Of a stretch of 64,000 nucleotides of DNA, positions 19,449-28,680 are shown piece by piece. The stretch is from Verrucomicrobiia bacterium (GTDB lineage: Bacteria > Verrucomicrobiota > Verrucomicrobiia > Limisphaerales > JADLHS01). The stretch spans positions 211,115 to 275,114 of the forward strand of contig JAHCLO010000002.1 in assembly GCA_026125285.1 (NCBI GenBank). The letters run 5' to 3'. The translations under genes were made by a program, and so were the position numbers. How positions within the stretch are numbered: the first letter of the stretch is position 1; each line of letters opens with the position of its first letter. Under the pieces are notes generated by a model that saw nothing but the letters and a program-made list of their open reading frames with translations, had not been told where the DNA came from and ran no database searches.

Positions 19449-20741
19449 CTACGAGCCATTGCCTTCCTGCAATCGAATCTGCCGTCCGCGCCAGGTGAAC
19501 CACGCGCAGATGGCCAGCAAGCCGAGGTTAAACACCCCCAACACCTTGAGCACGGTTACGAGGCTGCCATGAAATTGCGTGAGCGCGAACAGATACCCCA
19601 GGGCCAGGCAGAAAATGCACAATGCCGGCACCAGGGTGGAGGCCGGCCGGGCGAGCAGATTGTTCAGCAACACGTTGGCCAGTGCCAGGGGCACCATCGC
19701 TGAGGCATACCACGGAAGAATGGCCGCGGCCACTTCGACAAAATCGGGTTTATAGATCAACCGGACAATCCACGGCCCCAGCAGCGACAACCCAAGGGCA
19801 CCTGCCATGGCCAGCGCGCCGGTCACCAGCAACACCATGCCCATGAGGTTCGACTTTTCCGACTTGGCGGCACTGTGGACAAGGCGTGGAAACATGACGG
19901 CCGCCAGCGGCAGGACCAGCCACATCAGCGCCCGCGAAAGCGTTCCGGCGGCGACATAGAAGTCCGCATCCGTCTGGCTGAAATAGGCCTTCACGAGAAT
20001 CGTGTCGGCTGTGAACAGAATCTGGAATCCGAGAAAGCCCAGTATCAATGGAATGACCTGGCGCAGGAGTCCCCGCCAGTCGAAGGGTGCCGGTTTCAAC
20101 CGCCACAATCCGCGGCTCTGCCAGGCAGCGATCCCGAAAGCCGCGCCAATGCCCAAGAGCACTCCGGCCATCATCCCGGAGGAATAAGCATGCAGGACCA
20201 CGACCGCAAATGCTGCCACCGCGAGCCGGCCAATGGCGCTGGCCAACATGCTCCAGCCCAGCCACAGAAAGTTCTGCTGCCCCTGGAGCACACCCCAGAA
20301 AATTGGCAACCACAGGGAGAGCAGCACGATGACCAGCGTGATCCACAAACCGGCCGGATCGGTCATCTGCCAATGTCGCAGGATGGATTGCTGCAAGAGC
20401 AACACCATCACCGCCCCCACCAGCCACACGCCCGTGCTCAGGAGCCAGAAGAACCGGATGACCCCCGACAGTTCGCGTTCCTTGCCGTGCGCCAGAGCGC
20501 GGGCGGTTTGCTGGGCCAAAACCATTTGCAGCGGAATGGTGGGCAGCAGCAACACCACCGCCAGCATCGCGCCGAAGCTCCCATACTCGCCTTGAGGAAT
20601 GAACTTGTTCAGGAGATGCACGCCATACATCAGCGCGCCCCCGGCAACATTGGCAATCATCAGCCAACCGCTCTGCCGGAAAAAGGACGCGCGATGCGCG
20701 GTGGGCGCTGCACTCGACTCGGTGGAGGAAGGAGAAGACAC
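19449..20741 (-). CDS. polysaccharide/oligosaccharide flippase (MOP/Wzx-like) membrane protein
   Basis: 430 aa, about 12 hydrophobic helices throughout. The long antisense ORF 19875..20825 is considered a shadow. Confidence 0.55.
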   Translation of the reverse strand: MSSPSSTESSAAPTAHRASFFRQSGWLMIANVAGGALMYGVHLLNKFIPQGEYGSFGAMLAVVLLLPTIPLQMVLAQQTARALAHGKERELSGVIRFFWLLSTGVWLVGAVMVLLLQQSILRHWQMTDPAGLWITLVIVLLSLWLPIFWGVLQGQQNFLWLGWSMLASAIGRLAVAAFAVVVLHAYSSGMMAGVLLGIGAAFGIAAWQSRGLWRLKPAPFDWRGLLRQVIPLILGFLGFQILFTADTILVKAYFSQTDADFYVAAGTLSRALMWLVLPLAAVMFPRLVHSAAKSEKSNLMGMVLLVTGALAMAGALGLSLLGPWIVRLIYKPDFVEVAAAILPWYASAMVPLALANVLLNNLLARPASTLVPALCIFCLALGYLFALTQFHGSLVTVLKVLGVFNLGLLAICAWFTWRGRQIRLQEGNGS

Positions 20742-20762
20742 GGAAAAAAGTTGTGGGCTAAA

Positions 20763-21890
20763 TCAAGGCAACGATTTCAGGAAGCCGACCAGGAAGTCCT
20801 TGCCGCGTTCGAGCGATCTCAGTGAAATCCACTCGTCCGCCGTGTGCGCCTGCGCAATGTCGCCCGGCCCGAACACGACGCTGGGAATATCCCCCTGCGA
20901 CAAAATCGAAGCGTCACAAAAATAATGAATCCCTGCCGGACGGGCTTGACCAACGCTCCGCAGAAACCGGCGCACCAACGGCAGCTTCGGGTTGGTTTCC
21001 AGCGGCCAACAAGCATGTGATTTGAGGCTGGTGACTTTCGCCTGAAGTTTCTCCTCGCGCAGCAAGGCGGTGATTTCGCGGCGCACGGTTGTTTCGGTTT
21101 CCCCCGGCAACGTACGCCGGTCCACCGAAATGCTGCAGCGATCCGGGACAATGTTCGGCTGCGATCCACCGCAGATGGTACCCACGCTGACCGTCGCCGC
21201 TCCCAACAAGCGATGGCGGCGGCGCAATTGGGCGGCGTAATCGGTTTCCAACAAATCCACCACCCTCGCCATCTCATGCACGGCGTTGCGGCCCAGATGC
21301 GGGCTGGCGCCATGCGCGGCTTTCCCGTAAGTCTCCAATTGCAGCCACAAACTTCCTTTGTGCGCCGTGATCACCTGGAGTCGGGTCGGTTCGCCGACGA
21401 TGGCCAGGTCCGCGCGCAGGCCGCTGGCGGCGAGCGCCCGCGAGCCGAGCTGGCTGTTCTCCTCGTCAATCAAACCGGCAAACACAATCTCCGTTTGCTT
21501 GGGCCGCGACTTGGACCGGGCGAGTGCGCACAGCGCGGAAAGCATCGCGGCCACGCAGCCCTTGGTATCGCACGCGCCGCGACCGTAAAGCCGGTCGTGC
21601 TTTCGGCGGGGCGTGAATTGGGCCTCGCTCGCGACATTCACCGTGTCCAGATGCGGCGCCAGCAGCACCCGCTGAGTGGCCCTGCCGGTTGGCGAAAGAC
21701 GGGCAATTAAATTTGGCCGGTGGGGTGCGACCTGCTGGAATTCAACCTCCAGGCCGGCCCCAGCAGCCACTGCCGCCAGGAATTCCGCCACGCGACCCTC
21801 GCCCGCGTGACGATGGCGCGCGGGCAGGAACGCTGGATTCACGCTGGGCAGCGCGATCAAGTCAGCCAGGAGTCTTGCGGTTTTGGTCAT
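20763..21890 (-). CDS. M20 family metallohydrolase (ArgE/DapE-like deacylase)
   Basis: LIALPSVNP, LLAPHLDTV, YGRGACDTKG and GLIDEENSQLG motifs. Confidence 0.8.
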   Translation of the reverse strand: MTKTARLLADLIALPSVNPAFLPARHRHAGEGRVAEFLAAVAAGAGLEVEFQQVAPHRPNLIARLSPTGRATQRVLLAPHLDTVNVASEAQFTPRRKHDRLYGRGACDTKGCVAAMLSALCALARSKSRPKQTEIVFAGLIDEENSQLGSRALAASGLRADLAIVGEPTRLQVITAHKGSLWLQLETYGKAAHGASPHLGRNAVHEMARVVDLLETDYAAQLRRRHRLLGAATVSVGTICGGSQPNIVPDRCSISVDRRTLPGETETTVRREITALLREEKLQAKVTSLKSHACWPLETNPKLPLVRRFLRSVGQARPAGIHYFCDASILSQGDIPSVVFGPGDIAQAHTADEWISLRSLERGKDFLVGFLKSLP

Positions 21891-22166
21891 GCTGGACGGA
21901 TTCGCGGACGGCAGAAGTTAGGCAGAGCGCGTAAGCGTGTCGAGGCGCAAAGCCCGCACAACCCGAAAACGGGCAGCGGCCAAAATCCTGCATGGTGCAG
22001 ATTCCCAAGTTCACGGTATCGCCTAATTCCAGCCAGCCAACCGGCTGAACCCTCGGAAAGGTCGGCGCTTGTCCAAGTCTGCAGATGGGACGTCCGCGAT
22101 CCCGCAGGGGGAGACTTAGACCAGCGTTTTCGCCAAGCAAGACTGAAGGAGTGCCGGAAACACAGT

Positions 22167-22206
22167 AAGAACGTCAAAGAACGTCATTACAAAGAACGTC
22201 ATTACA
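22167..22206 (+). repeat. three tandem direct repeats AAGAACGTCA(TTACA) immediately upstream of a TTGACA hexamer
   Basis: AAGAACGTCA occurs at 22167, 22177 and 22192. The last two copies extend to the 15-mer AAGAACGTCATTACA. TTGACA is at 22208..22213. Confidence 0.6.
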
Positions 22207-22312
22207 CTTGACACTTGAAGCCTGCGGGAGGATGAACAGTCTGCATGGCAGGTTTCCTGCCTCACAGGCGCGCCGTTTCACTTGCGAGAGCCGGAACCTG
22301 CCCCAAAGGTTC

Positions 22313-25300
22313 ATGAAGGCAAATGGCACAAGTTCGACTTCCCGGCCACGGAATCCTGTCGGTCCATCTCCAAAGCCAACCACCCTGCGAGGCGCATCAG
22401 ACCCCGCCGGTTACGCCAACCCGGCGCTTTGGGGCTATTGGGTCAGCGGCCCCAACCTGAGCAATCTGCGCTTTTGTTATGCGCAGGAGGCCATTCGTTT
22501 GGAAGGCGCGTATGTAACCGCTACGCTGGCTCACTCGCAGTTGGTCAACTGCATTCGCGGCATCAACCTGGTCAGCGTGGTGGTGAGTTCGGGGTCCAGC
22601 GGGGCCGGCGTGTACCTCACGGTGAACAACGCCCTGCTGGCCAACGTGGGTTGGGCGCTGACCCAAAGTTACAGCACGGGCAGCGGCTCGGGCGGCAGCG
22701 CCACGTTCAACCATTGTTCCGTGGCGCAGGCGAACGTGCTTATCAGCACGGCCCAGTTCTTTACGAACTCGTTCAAAAACTCCATCTTTGCCGGCGTGAC
22801 CTCGTTGGGTGTCCCGACGCCGTCCGGCAGTTACAATGGGTTTTATCCAGAGACGCAAGACTCATTTGGCACCTACCAAACAATCTCCAATGATGACCCG
22901 TTCCAAAGCTCGGGCGGGGGCGCATACTACCTCAGGGCCGACAGCGAATTTCGTGAGAAAGGCACCACCGCTGGCCTTCCGGCAACTCTGCTGACGGCAT
23001 TGAAATCGAAGGCCACTCAGCCGCCAATTGAGCTCCCACGATTCATGCTTCTGTCTGGCGAGCTGACGTTGTTCCCACAGACGGCGCGCTACGACTACGA
23101 GAGTGGACCGCCAGATTTGGGCTATTGGTACGACGCGCTGGATTATACCGTGGCAGCGATGATTGTTGATGGAGGGAAAATTAATGTGATGCCGGGTACG
23201 GCCATTGGAATCCGTCAGGAACTGGTTGGGGATGGATCCTGGTGGGAATTGTGGCCCTTTCCATACACGCATATTGGTTTCGATTTGTGGAACGACTCCG
23301 TCTTCATCAGCCACGGCATGCCAAACCGGCCCATCGCTTACGCCTCCACCAGAATGGTGCAAGAACAGGCAGATCCAGATCTTGCCTCCTATCGTGCGTC
23401 GCTGGCGTGGGCGGACCAGGACGTTGACACCATTTCATTCGTGGCGGCCTTCGACCCGGCAGACGCCTCGTCGGCACCGCCTTCATTGGATTTCCGCTTT
23501 TCGAATTTCCACGCGACGGGAAGGAACAACTTTCACGTGGCCGCCGGTCATTCCTGGTGGCTGGGCTGGACCTTCTCGCCGGTCAGTTGCCTGCACCTCC
23601 GCATGCGGGATTGCAGCCTGCAAGCCGGAGGAATCCTCCTTGGGACACCGCACATTCTCAGCAACCCGTTTGACGTGTGGGGCGAGGCCTCGATTGACTG
23701 GTCCAACAATCTCTTCGACCGCGTGGATATCATGCTCGATCCGACGTACTTTGCCGATGGCTTCGCGCGAAACGTGGACATGAGCCTCAACGCCCACAAC
23801 AACCTGTTCCGCGGACAGGCCTTCTTCTTCAATGCGATTGAGCCTAGCGCTGGATATTGGACGTTCAAGGACAACCTGTTTGACAAGGTCGCATTTGAAG
23901 ACTACTGGGATTTGATCGAGCTCGGCCCCAGCCCGATTGACCACGACTACAATGGATATTGGCCGCGCTTGGAGTCTGGACTCGTCGAGGGTTGGCAGAT
24001 GGACCGTATGGCTCCCGACGCGCCCCACGACCAAGTGTTGACTTCGGCGCCGACGTATTACGTCGGCCCGCTCGGAAGTTACTATCGCGCCCCTTCTGGT
24101 CCGCTTTACCAAACCGGCAGCCGCACGGCGGCGGAAGCCGGGCTGGCCCAATACACCATCCAGCCCAACCAAACCAAGAACAACGCCGGTTCGCCGGTGA
24201 GCATCGGTTTGCATTACGTCGCTACGGCCAGCTACAGCAGCGCTCAACCGAAAGATGCCGATGGCGATGGCATTCCGGATTATGTTGAGGATGCCAACGG
24301 CGACGGCCAATGGGATGAGGGCTTGGAAACCAAAATCAATGACGCGTATACTCTCGCTGACCCCAGCACGCACGATTCGGTTAATGCAATCTATGACGAC
24401 ATTGATCTCGACGGCGACGTGATGGTGGGCCGGATTGAGAAAGCCCTGGGGACGAACCCGCTCATGCGTGACAATCCCCTAACACTTACGCGGGGCACGA
24501 CAGTGGATGAGCCGGGAATCGCTAGCTTCAACGTCCCCGTGAATTTTGCATTATTGGCTGGTTTGGGCGAAATTCGGTTATCAGTGGATGGGGATAGCCG
24601 AACTGCGGCCTTCCAGGAAAGTGAGCCAAACAGTGATGGAGACGCACAGCTAACTTGGAATACGATCTACGATTGGCCTGGCCAGCACTACGTTCAAGCG
24701 CAGTTCATTCTTAGCGGACAGTCGCGAAAGGGGGCGGCACTCGATTCGACGAGGCTTATAGCTATGGGTCCCTTAACTCAATTTGCAGTGAACAACGTAA
24801 TGAAATTCAATCCTTTTTACACGGAATACGACGATAGCGGCGCGATCCTACATGCTGAACTGGCCGAAGCGGATGCAACTTATACAATTGAGTTGCGTGA
24901 TCCGTCAGATCCACAGGCTCCTCCAATCAGGACTTTTTCAGGGAGCACTTCTACCGGAGAGATTGAGGAGAACTGGGACTTGAAATATGCTGATGGGGCT
25001 TCTTACTTGGGTAATTCGGTTAACGCCATCTTCGCCGTCACACTCAAGGGTTCAGGAGCTTCCGGTTCGGTCGAGTTGCCGAAACAGAAGACCTTTTTTC
25101 CATTTGAGGGAAAGTTCACTGTTGCTTACGCATGGGACGTACCCTGGGAAGCGCAGGGGTCCATGCGCACCGCGATTCAACATGGCCGGCGAGCGAACCC
25201 CTGCCGAGGAACTGGGGCGTCAACGTCGCATTTGCTGACGGCCACGTGGAGCGGGTCAAGCTGCCGGAACTGCGAACGCTCTCCTGGCACCGCACTTGGG

Positions 25301-25441
25301 AGCAGGCAGCGCCGTCGTGGAACCCGCCAGGGCGACCGTAATGGCAACGTGTGCCTCTCAGAAAGCGAACGACGAAGGCAAAGCACGTCACTCCGTGCGC
25401 GCCGGCGCCGGCTTGGAGAACAGCGGCGCGCCGGGGACTGA
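22313..25441 (+). CDS. large repetitive surface/secreted protein with TSP3-like Ca-binding repeats; the 3' end is probably disrupted (out-of-frame tail after ~25140)
   Basis: Long ORF. ATG 22313 (or 22232) is preferred over the TTG at 22208, which coincides with a TTGACA box. DADGDGIPDYVEDANGDGQWDEG motif. The last ~100 codons are Arg/Ser/Gly-rich junk (..RRANPCRGTGASTSHLL..RRRRLGEQRRAGD), while another frame carries a pilin-gene remnant. Confidence 0.5.
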   Translation: MKANGTSSTSRPRNPVGPSPKPTTLRGASDPAGYANPALWGYWVSGPNLSNLRFCYAQEAIRLEGAYVTATLAHSQLVNCIRGINLVSVVVSSGSSGAGVYLTVNNALLANVGWALTQSYSTGSGSGGSATFNHCSVAQANVLISTAQFFTNSFKNSIFAGVTSLGVPTPSGSYNGFYPETQDSFGTYQTISNDDPFQSSGGGAYYLRADSEFREKGTTAGLPATLLTALKSKATQPPIELPRFMLLSGELTLFPQTARYDYESGPPDLGYWYDALDYTVAAMIVDGGKINVMPGTAIGIRQELVGDGSWWELWPFPYTHIGFDLWNDSVFISHGMPNRPIAYASTRMVQEQADPDLASYRASLAWADQDVDTISFVAAFDPADASSAPPSLDFRFSNFHATGRNNFHVAAGHSWWLGWTFSPVSCLHLRMRDCSLQAGGILLGTPHILSNPFDVWGEASIDWSNNLFDRVDIMLDPTYFADGFARNVDMSLNAHNNLFRGQAFFFNAIEPSAGYWTFKDNLFDKVAFEDYWDLIELGPSPIDHDYNGYWPRLESGLVEGWQMDRMAPDAPHDQVLTSAPTYYVGPLGSYYRAPSGPLYQTGSRTAAEAGLAQYTIQPNQTKNNAGSPVSIGLHYVATASYSSAQPKDADGDGIPDYVEDANGDGQWDEGLETKINDAYTLADPSTHDSVNAIYDDIDLDGDVMVGRIEKALGTNPLMRDNPLTLTRGTTVDEPGIASFNVPVNFALLAGLGEIRLSVDGDSRTAAFQESEPNSDGDAQLTWNTIYDWPGQHYVQAQFILSGQSRKGAALDSTRLIAMGPLTQFAVNNVMKFNPFYTEYDDSGAILHAELAEADATYTIELRDPSDPQAPPIRTFSGSTSTGEIEENWDLKYADGASYLGNSVNAIFAVTLKGSGASGSVELPKQKTFFPFEGKFTVAYAWDVPWEAQGSMRTAIQHGRRANPCRGTGASTSHLLTATWSGSSCRNCERSPGTALGSRQRRRGTRQGDRNGNVCLSESERRRQSTSLRARRRRLGEQRRAGD
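25108..25341 (+). pseudogene. 3' remnant of a prepilin-type (H-X9-DG/DUF1559-like) pseudopilin gene
   Basis: This frame encodes ..NWGVNVAFADGHVERVKLPELRTLSWHRTWE.., the characteristic C-terminus of PVC-type pseudopilins. No N-terminal pilin helix is present. The frame opens only at 25108. Confidence 0.5.
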
Positions 25442-27326
25442 CGCGCCCTACCGTTTAGCCAGACCCTTCGGCATCGTGGCGGTGCTGCTGGGTGCGTTCT
25501 TTCTGCTGCAAAGCTGGATTCCCTTGCGGACGGCGGTTCAAATCGGCGCGGATGAAGGGTTCGAGGTGGCCAAGGCCACGTTGTGTTTGCACGGACACCA
25601 GCTTTACAGCGAAGTCTGGAACGATCAGCCGCCGTTGCATACGTGGTTGATTACGCAGGTTCTCAAATTCCAACGCCGCAGTCCCCTCAACATGGACCGC
25701 CGGCTGGTAACGCCGACTTTCCAGTCGGCGCGGTCGCCGGTTGGAAAACCGGCGCTACCCGAGTTGGAACTGACGTCCGCCGCCACGGAACCGGGCACGA
25801 CGGACAGGCGAGACGCGCTGTCCCACGACCACACTGACAGGCGAGACGCGCTGGCTCGCAACTCCATCCTTGGACCGCGGCTGGTGACGAGTGCGTTCAC
25901 CGCGTTGCTGCTGGTGAGCGTGTTCCTCATCTGCTGGCGCATTTCCGGGCTTCTGGTGGGCACATTGACCACCGCGTTGCTCCTCGTCTCGCCGGGCTTT
26001 CTGGAACTGAGTTCCTCCTGCATGTTGGAGATACCGTCGCTGGCGACGGCCCTGGCCGGGCTTTGTGTTCTGGTTGTCATGCGGCCCGGACGCTGGCACG
26101 CGACGGAAATCTTCTGCGGAATTTTGTTCGGCCTCGCGGCGCTGATGAAGCTGGTGCCGCTGTATTTGTTGCCGTTGGCGCCGCTGATCGTGTGGCTGCG
26201 AGCGGTAGGGCGCGTCACTCCGTGCGCGCCGGAGCTTCCCACACCAGGCGGCGCGCACGGAGTGACGCGCCCTACCTTGCCCAAGAGAGGGTGGTCTTTA
26301 GACCGGGTGAGGGGTTCGTTCGCGCCCACCAACGTGCTGGAGTCCTTCCGCCGTTTGTGCGTACCCGTGCTGGTGATCGGCGTGAGCCTTGCCGCCACCT
26401 TTGCCGCCGTGGATTGGCTGATCGAGCGGGGCGCGTATCTGGTTCATTTCGGCCAATCGTGGTCCTCGCATTTCGGCGGCGTGAAATCGTTCGAGTTTGG
26501 CTCGCCGAAGGAACACGTGTTTGACTGGAACATTCTGCTGAAGAATTGGGATTTAACGGTGCCGGCGGTTTTGGGGACTTCCGTGCTGTTGACCCGGCTG
26601 CGCAACGGTCCAACGGCGATGCTGCCACCGGTCTGGCTGGCGTTGTCGCTGCTCGTGTTCACGAATCACAAACCGTGGTGGGGCTATTACTACATTCACG
26701 TCGCGATTCCGCTGTGCTGGTGCGCGGCCGTCGGGAGTGAGTTTGTTTACACGTGGCTTGTGCAAAACCTGAAAGCGCACAGGGCCGAACGACGCTCACT
26801 CACTCACCCACTCACCCGTTCCCAAAAGGCTGGAAGCGCCGTGGTGCAGCGACAGGCGAGACGCGCTGTCCCACTACGGTGGGTCGGAATCGCTGTGCTG
26901 CTTGTGTTGTTCGCACTGGGCGCCGCCGGGTGGATGGGGGCGCGGGTTTGGCTGCAAATCGCGGACATTCGCAGTTCACCCCAGCTTCATGCCGCGCTGG
27001 TGCTCAAGGAAATCGAGCGGCTGAGACCATTTTGCCGATGGATGTACACCGATCAGATTGTCCATTCGTTCCATGCCGATCTTCCGCTACCGCTGCCCCT
27101 GGCGGTTGTGCCCTTGAAACGGCTGTGGGCCGGCGACATGACGCACGCGCGGTTGGCCGCCGAAATAGGGCGCTTCAAACCGGAAATCATTCTGCTGGGC
27201 AACGACACGCGTGAAGTGCCGTTTCAAGACCTGCTGCTGACGGAGTACCGCCTGATCTACGAAGACGCGCGCCAACGGCTTTACGCGGCGCGGACGGTGC
27301 TTCAGCGGGCGAACGCAGCGGAGTAA
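25341..27326 (+). CDS. GT-C fold membrane glycosyltransferase (ArnT/PMT, GT39-like) carrying in-frame repeat-element insertions
   Basis: ATG 25341 overlaps the remnant stop (TAATG). Multi-TM protein with a first-loop IGADEGFEVAKA motif. Three stretches are encoded by dispersed repeat elements (see repeat features). Confidence 0.5.
   Translation: MATCASQKANDEGKARHSVRAGAGLENSGAPGTDAPYRLARPFGIVAVLLGAFFLLQSWIPLRTAVQIGADEGFEVAKATLCLHGHQLYSEVWNDQPPLHTWLITQVLKFQRRSPLNMDRRLVTPTFQSARSPVGKPALPELELTSAATEPGTTDRRDALSHDHTDRRDALARNSILGPRLVTSAFTALLLVSVFLICWRISGLLVGTLTTALLLVSPGFLELSSSCMLEIPSLATALAGLCVLVVMRPGRWHATEIFCGILFGLAALMKLVPLYLLPLAPLIVWLRAVGRVTPCAPELPTPGGAHGVTRPTLPKRGWSLDRVRGSFAPTNVLESFRRLCVPVLVIGVSLAATFAAVDWLIERGAYLVHFGQSWSSHFGGVKSFEFGSPKEHVFDWNILLKNWDLTVPAVLGTSVLLTRLRNGPTAMLPPVWLALSLLVFTNHKPWWGYYYIHVAIPLCWCAAVGSEFVYTWLVQNLKAHRAERRSLTHPLTRSQKAGSAVVQRQARRAVPLRWVGIAVLLVLFALGAAGWMGARVWLQIADIRSSPQLHAALVLKEIERLRPFCRWMYTDQIVHSFHADLPLPLPLAVVPLKRLWAGDMTHARLAAEIGRFKPEIILLGNDTREVPFQDLLLTEYRLIYEDARQRLYAARTVLQRANAAE
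25384..25452. repeat. GC-rich palindromic repeat, family A (GTCACTCCGTGCGCGCC ... GACGCGCCCTACC)
   Basis: It shares its core with the copies at 26204..26276 and 30965..31082. Confidence 0.7.
25803..25853. repeat. two tandem copies of short repeat family B (GACAGGCGAGACGCGCTGTCCC)
   Basis: Copies at 25803..25824 and 25836..25853, with a third at 26851..26874. Each contains a GACAG...CTGTC stem. Confidence 0.7.
26204..26276. repeat. family A hairpin element: perfect 27-bp inverted repeat with 19-nt loop, inside the GT-C coding sequence
   Basis: GGTAGGGCGCGTCACTCCGTGCGCGCC (26204..26230) is the exact reverse complement of 26250..26276. Confidence 0.85.
26851..26874. repeat. family B short repeat, third copy
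   Basis: GACAGGCGAGACGCGCTGTCCCAC, identical to the core at 25803. Confidence 0.7.
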
Positions 27327-27363
27327 GTGGTCGCGGTGCGGTCTGGGCGAAGGCCGTTCGCCT

Positions 27364-28680
27364 TCAGTTCGGGGCCGCACTTCGCCGATACGCTTCGGCC
27401 AGCAAGGTCATGGGATGCGCGACGCGCACGGGGAGGCCGGCCTGACGCACTCCGTTGATGAGTTGCAGCAGACAACCGGAATTGCCATTCGCCACAATCG
27501 TCGCGCCGGTCGAGCGGATGTGTTTCAGCTTTCGGTCCAGAAGTTGGCCGGCCATCTCTGGCTGCACGAGGTTGTAAATGCCGGCGCTGCCGCAACACCA
27601 GTTTGCTTCTGGCAGTTCCACCAAGGTCAGATTCGGGATGAGTTTCAGAATCTGCCGCGGCTGCGTGACCACTTTTTGCCCGTGCGAGAGATGGCAAGAT
27701 TCGTGGTAGGTCACCTTCAATGGCGGCTGCCCGTCGCGTGCGGGTGCTTTGACGCCGATCTGCGCCAGCCATTCGTGGACATCCTTGAGCTTGCGATCCC
27801 AAAGTTCCGCGCGCTCGCAATAGCGCGGATCGTCGGCGAGCAGTTTGGAATAGTGTTTCAGGTGTGAGCCACAACCGCCCGCGTTGCTGATGATGGCGTC
27901 GAATTGTTCCGGCGGGAACTGGTCAATGTTCTGGCGCGCCAGTTCGGTGGCGAGGCCGAGTTCGCCATTGTGCGCGTGGAGCGAGCCGCAGCATTGTTGT
28001 TCCGGCGGGGTGATGACTTCGCAACCGTTGTGCGCCAGCACCTCGACGGTGTCGCGGTTGATTTCGCTGAAGATGAGGTCCTGGGCGCAACCGGTGAGCA
28101 CCGCGACACGATATTTGCGTTCGCCCACGGCGCGCGTGACCGGTGGGATCATCTCCGCGGAGAACTCCTTCGGAATGTCGGGCGTCATTGCCTCCAATTC
28201 CTGAAGCCGCTTGGGCAGGAGCTTTAGCACGCCGCTGCGGCGCAGCAGGGTTTGGAAACCCATTTGTTGATACAGCCGCATGGCGCGGCCAACCAGCAGC
28301 AGGCGGCGCAAATCCATGAACAGCCATTTCACGGTGAACCACCGGATGAGCCGGCGTTTCGGGGAATCGAGCAGTCGCTGCTCCTCAACCTCCGCCCGGG
28401 CGTGCTCGAACAGTTCGGCATAATTCACGCCCGCCGGGCAGGCTGTCATGCATGCCAGGCACCCGAGGCAGAAATACATTTCATCGCCAAAAGTCCTTGT
28501 GACTTCGAGCCGGTCATCGGCAATGGCGCGCATCAGCGCGATGCGTCCGCGCGGGCTGTTGCGCTCGAGTTTCGTCGCGTCGTAGGTCGGGCAGGTGGGC
28601 AGGCACAGCCCGCAGTGCATGCATTGCTGCACGACGGAGTAATCCAGATTCTTGAGGTGGGACTGGTGCGATGGCATCAC
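27364..28680 (-). CDS. glcF: (Fe-S)-binding oxidoreductase subunit, GlcF-like
   Basis: Two ferredoxin-type Cys clusters (CMHCGLCLPTCP, CLGCLACMTACP) plus C-terminal CCG domains. A 4-nt overlap joins it to the upstream GlcD-like gene. Confidence 0.7.
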   Translation of the reverse strand: MMPSHQSHLKNLDYSVVQQCMHCGLCLPTCPTYDATKLERNSPRGRIALMRAIADDRLEVTRTFGDEMYFCLGCLACMTACPAGVNYAELFEHARAEVEEQRLLDSPKRRLIRWFTVKWLFMDLRRLLLVGRAMRLYQQMGFQTLLRRSGVLKLLPKRLQELEAMTPDIPKEFSAEMIPPVTRAVGERKYRVAVLTGCAQDLIFSEINRDTVEVLAHNGCEVITPPEQQCCGSLHAHNGELGLATELARQNIDQFPPEQFDAIISNAGGCGSHLKHYSKLLADDPRYCERAELWDRKLKDVHEWLAQIGVKAPARDGQPPLKVTYHESCHLSHGQKVVTQPRQILKLIPNLTLVELPEANWCCGSAGIYNLVQPEMAGQLLDRKLKHIRSTGATIVANGNSGCLLQLINGVRQAGLPVRVAHPMTLLAEAYRRSAAPN

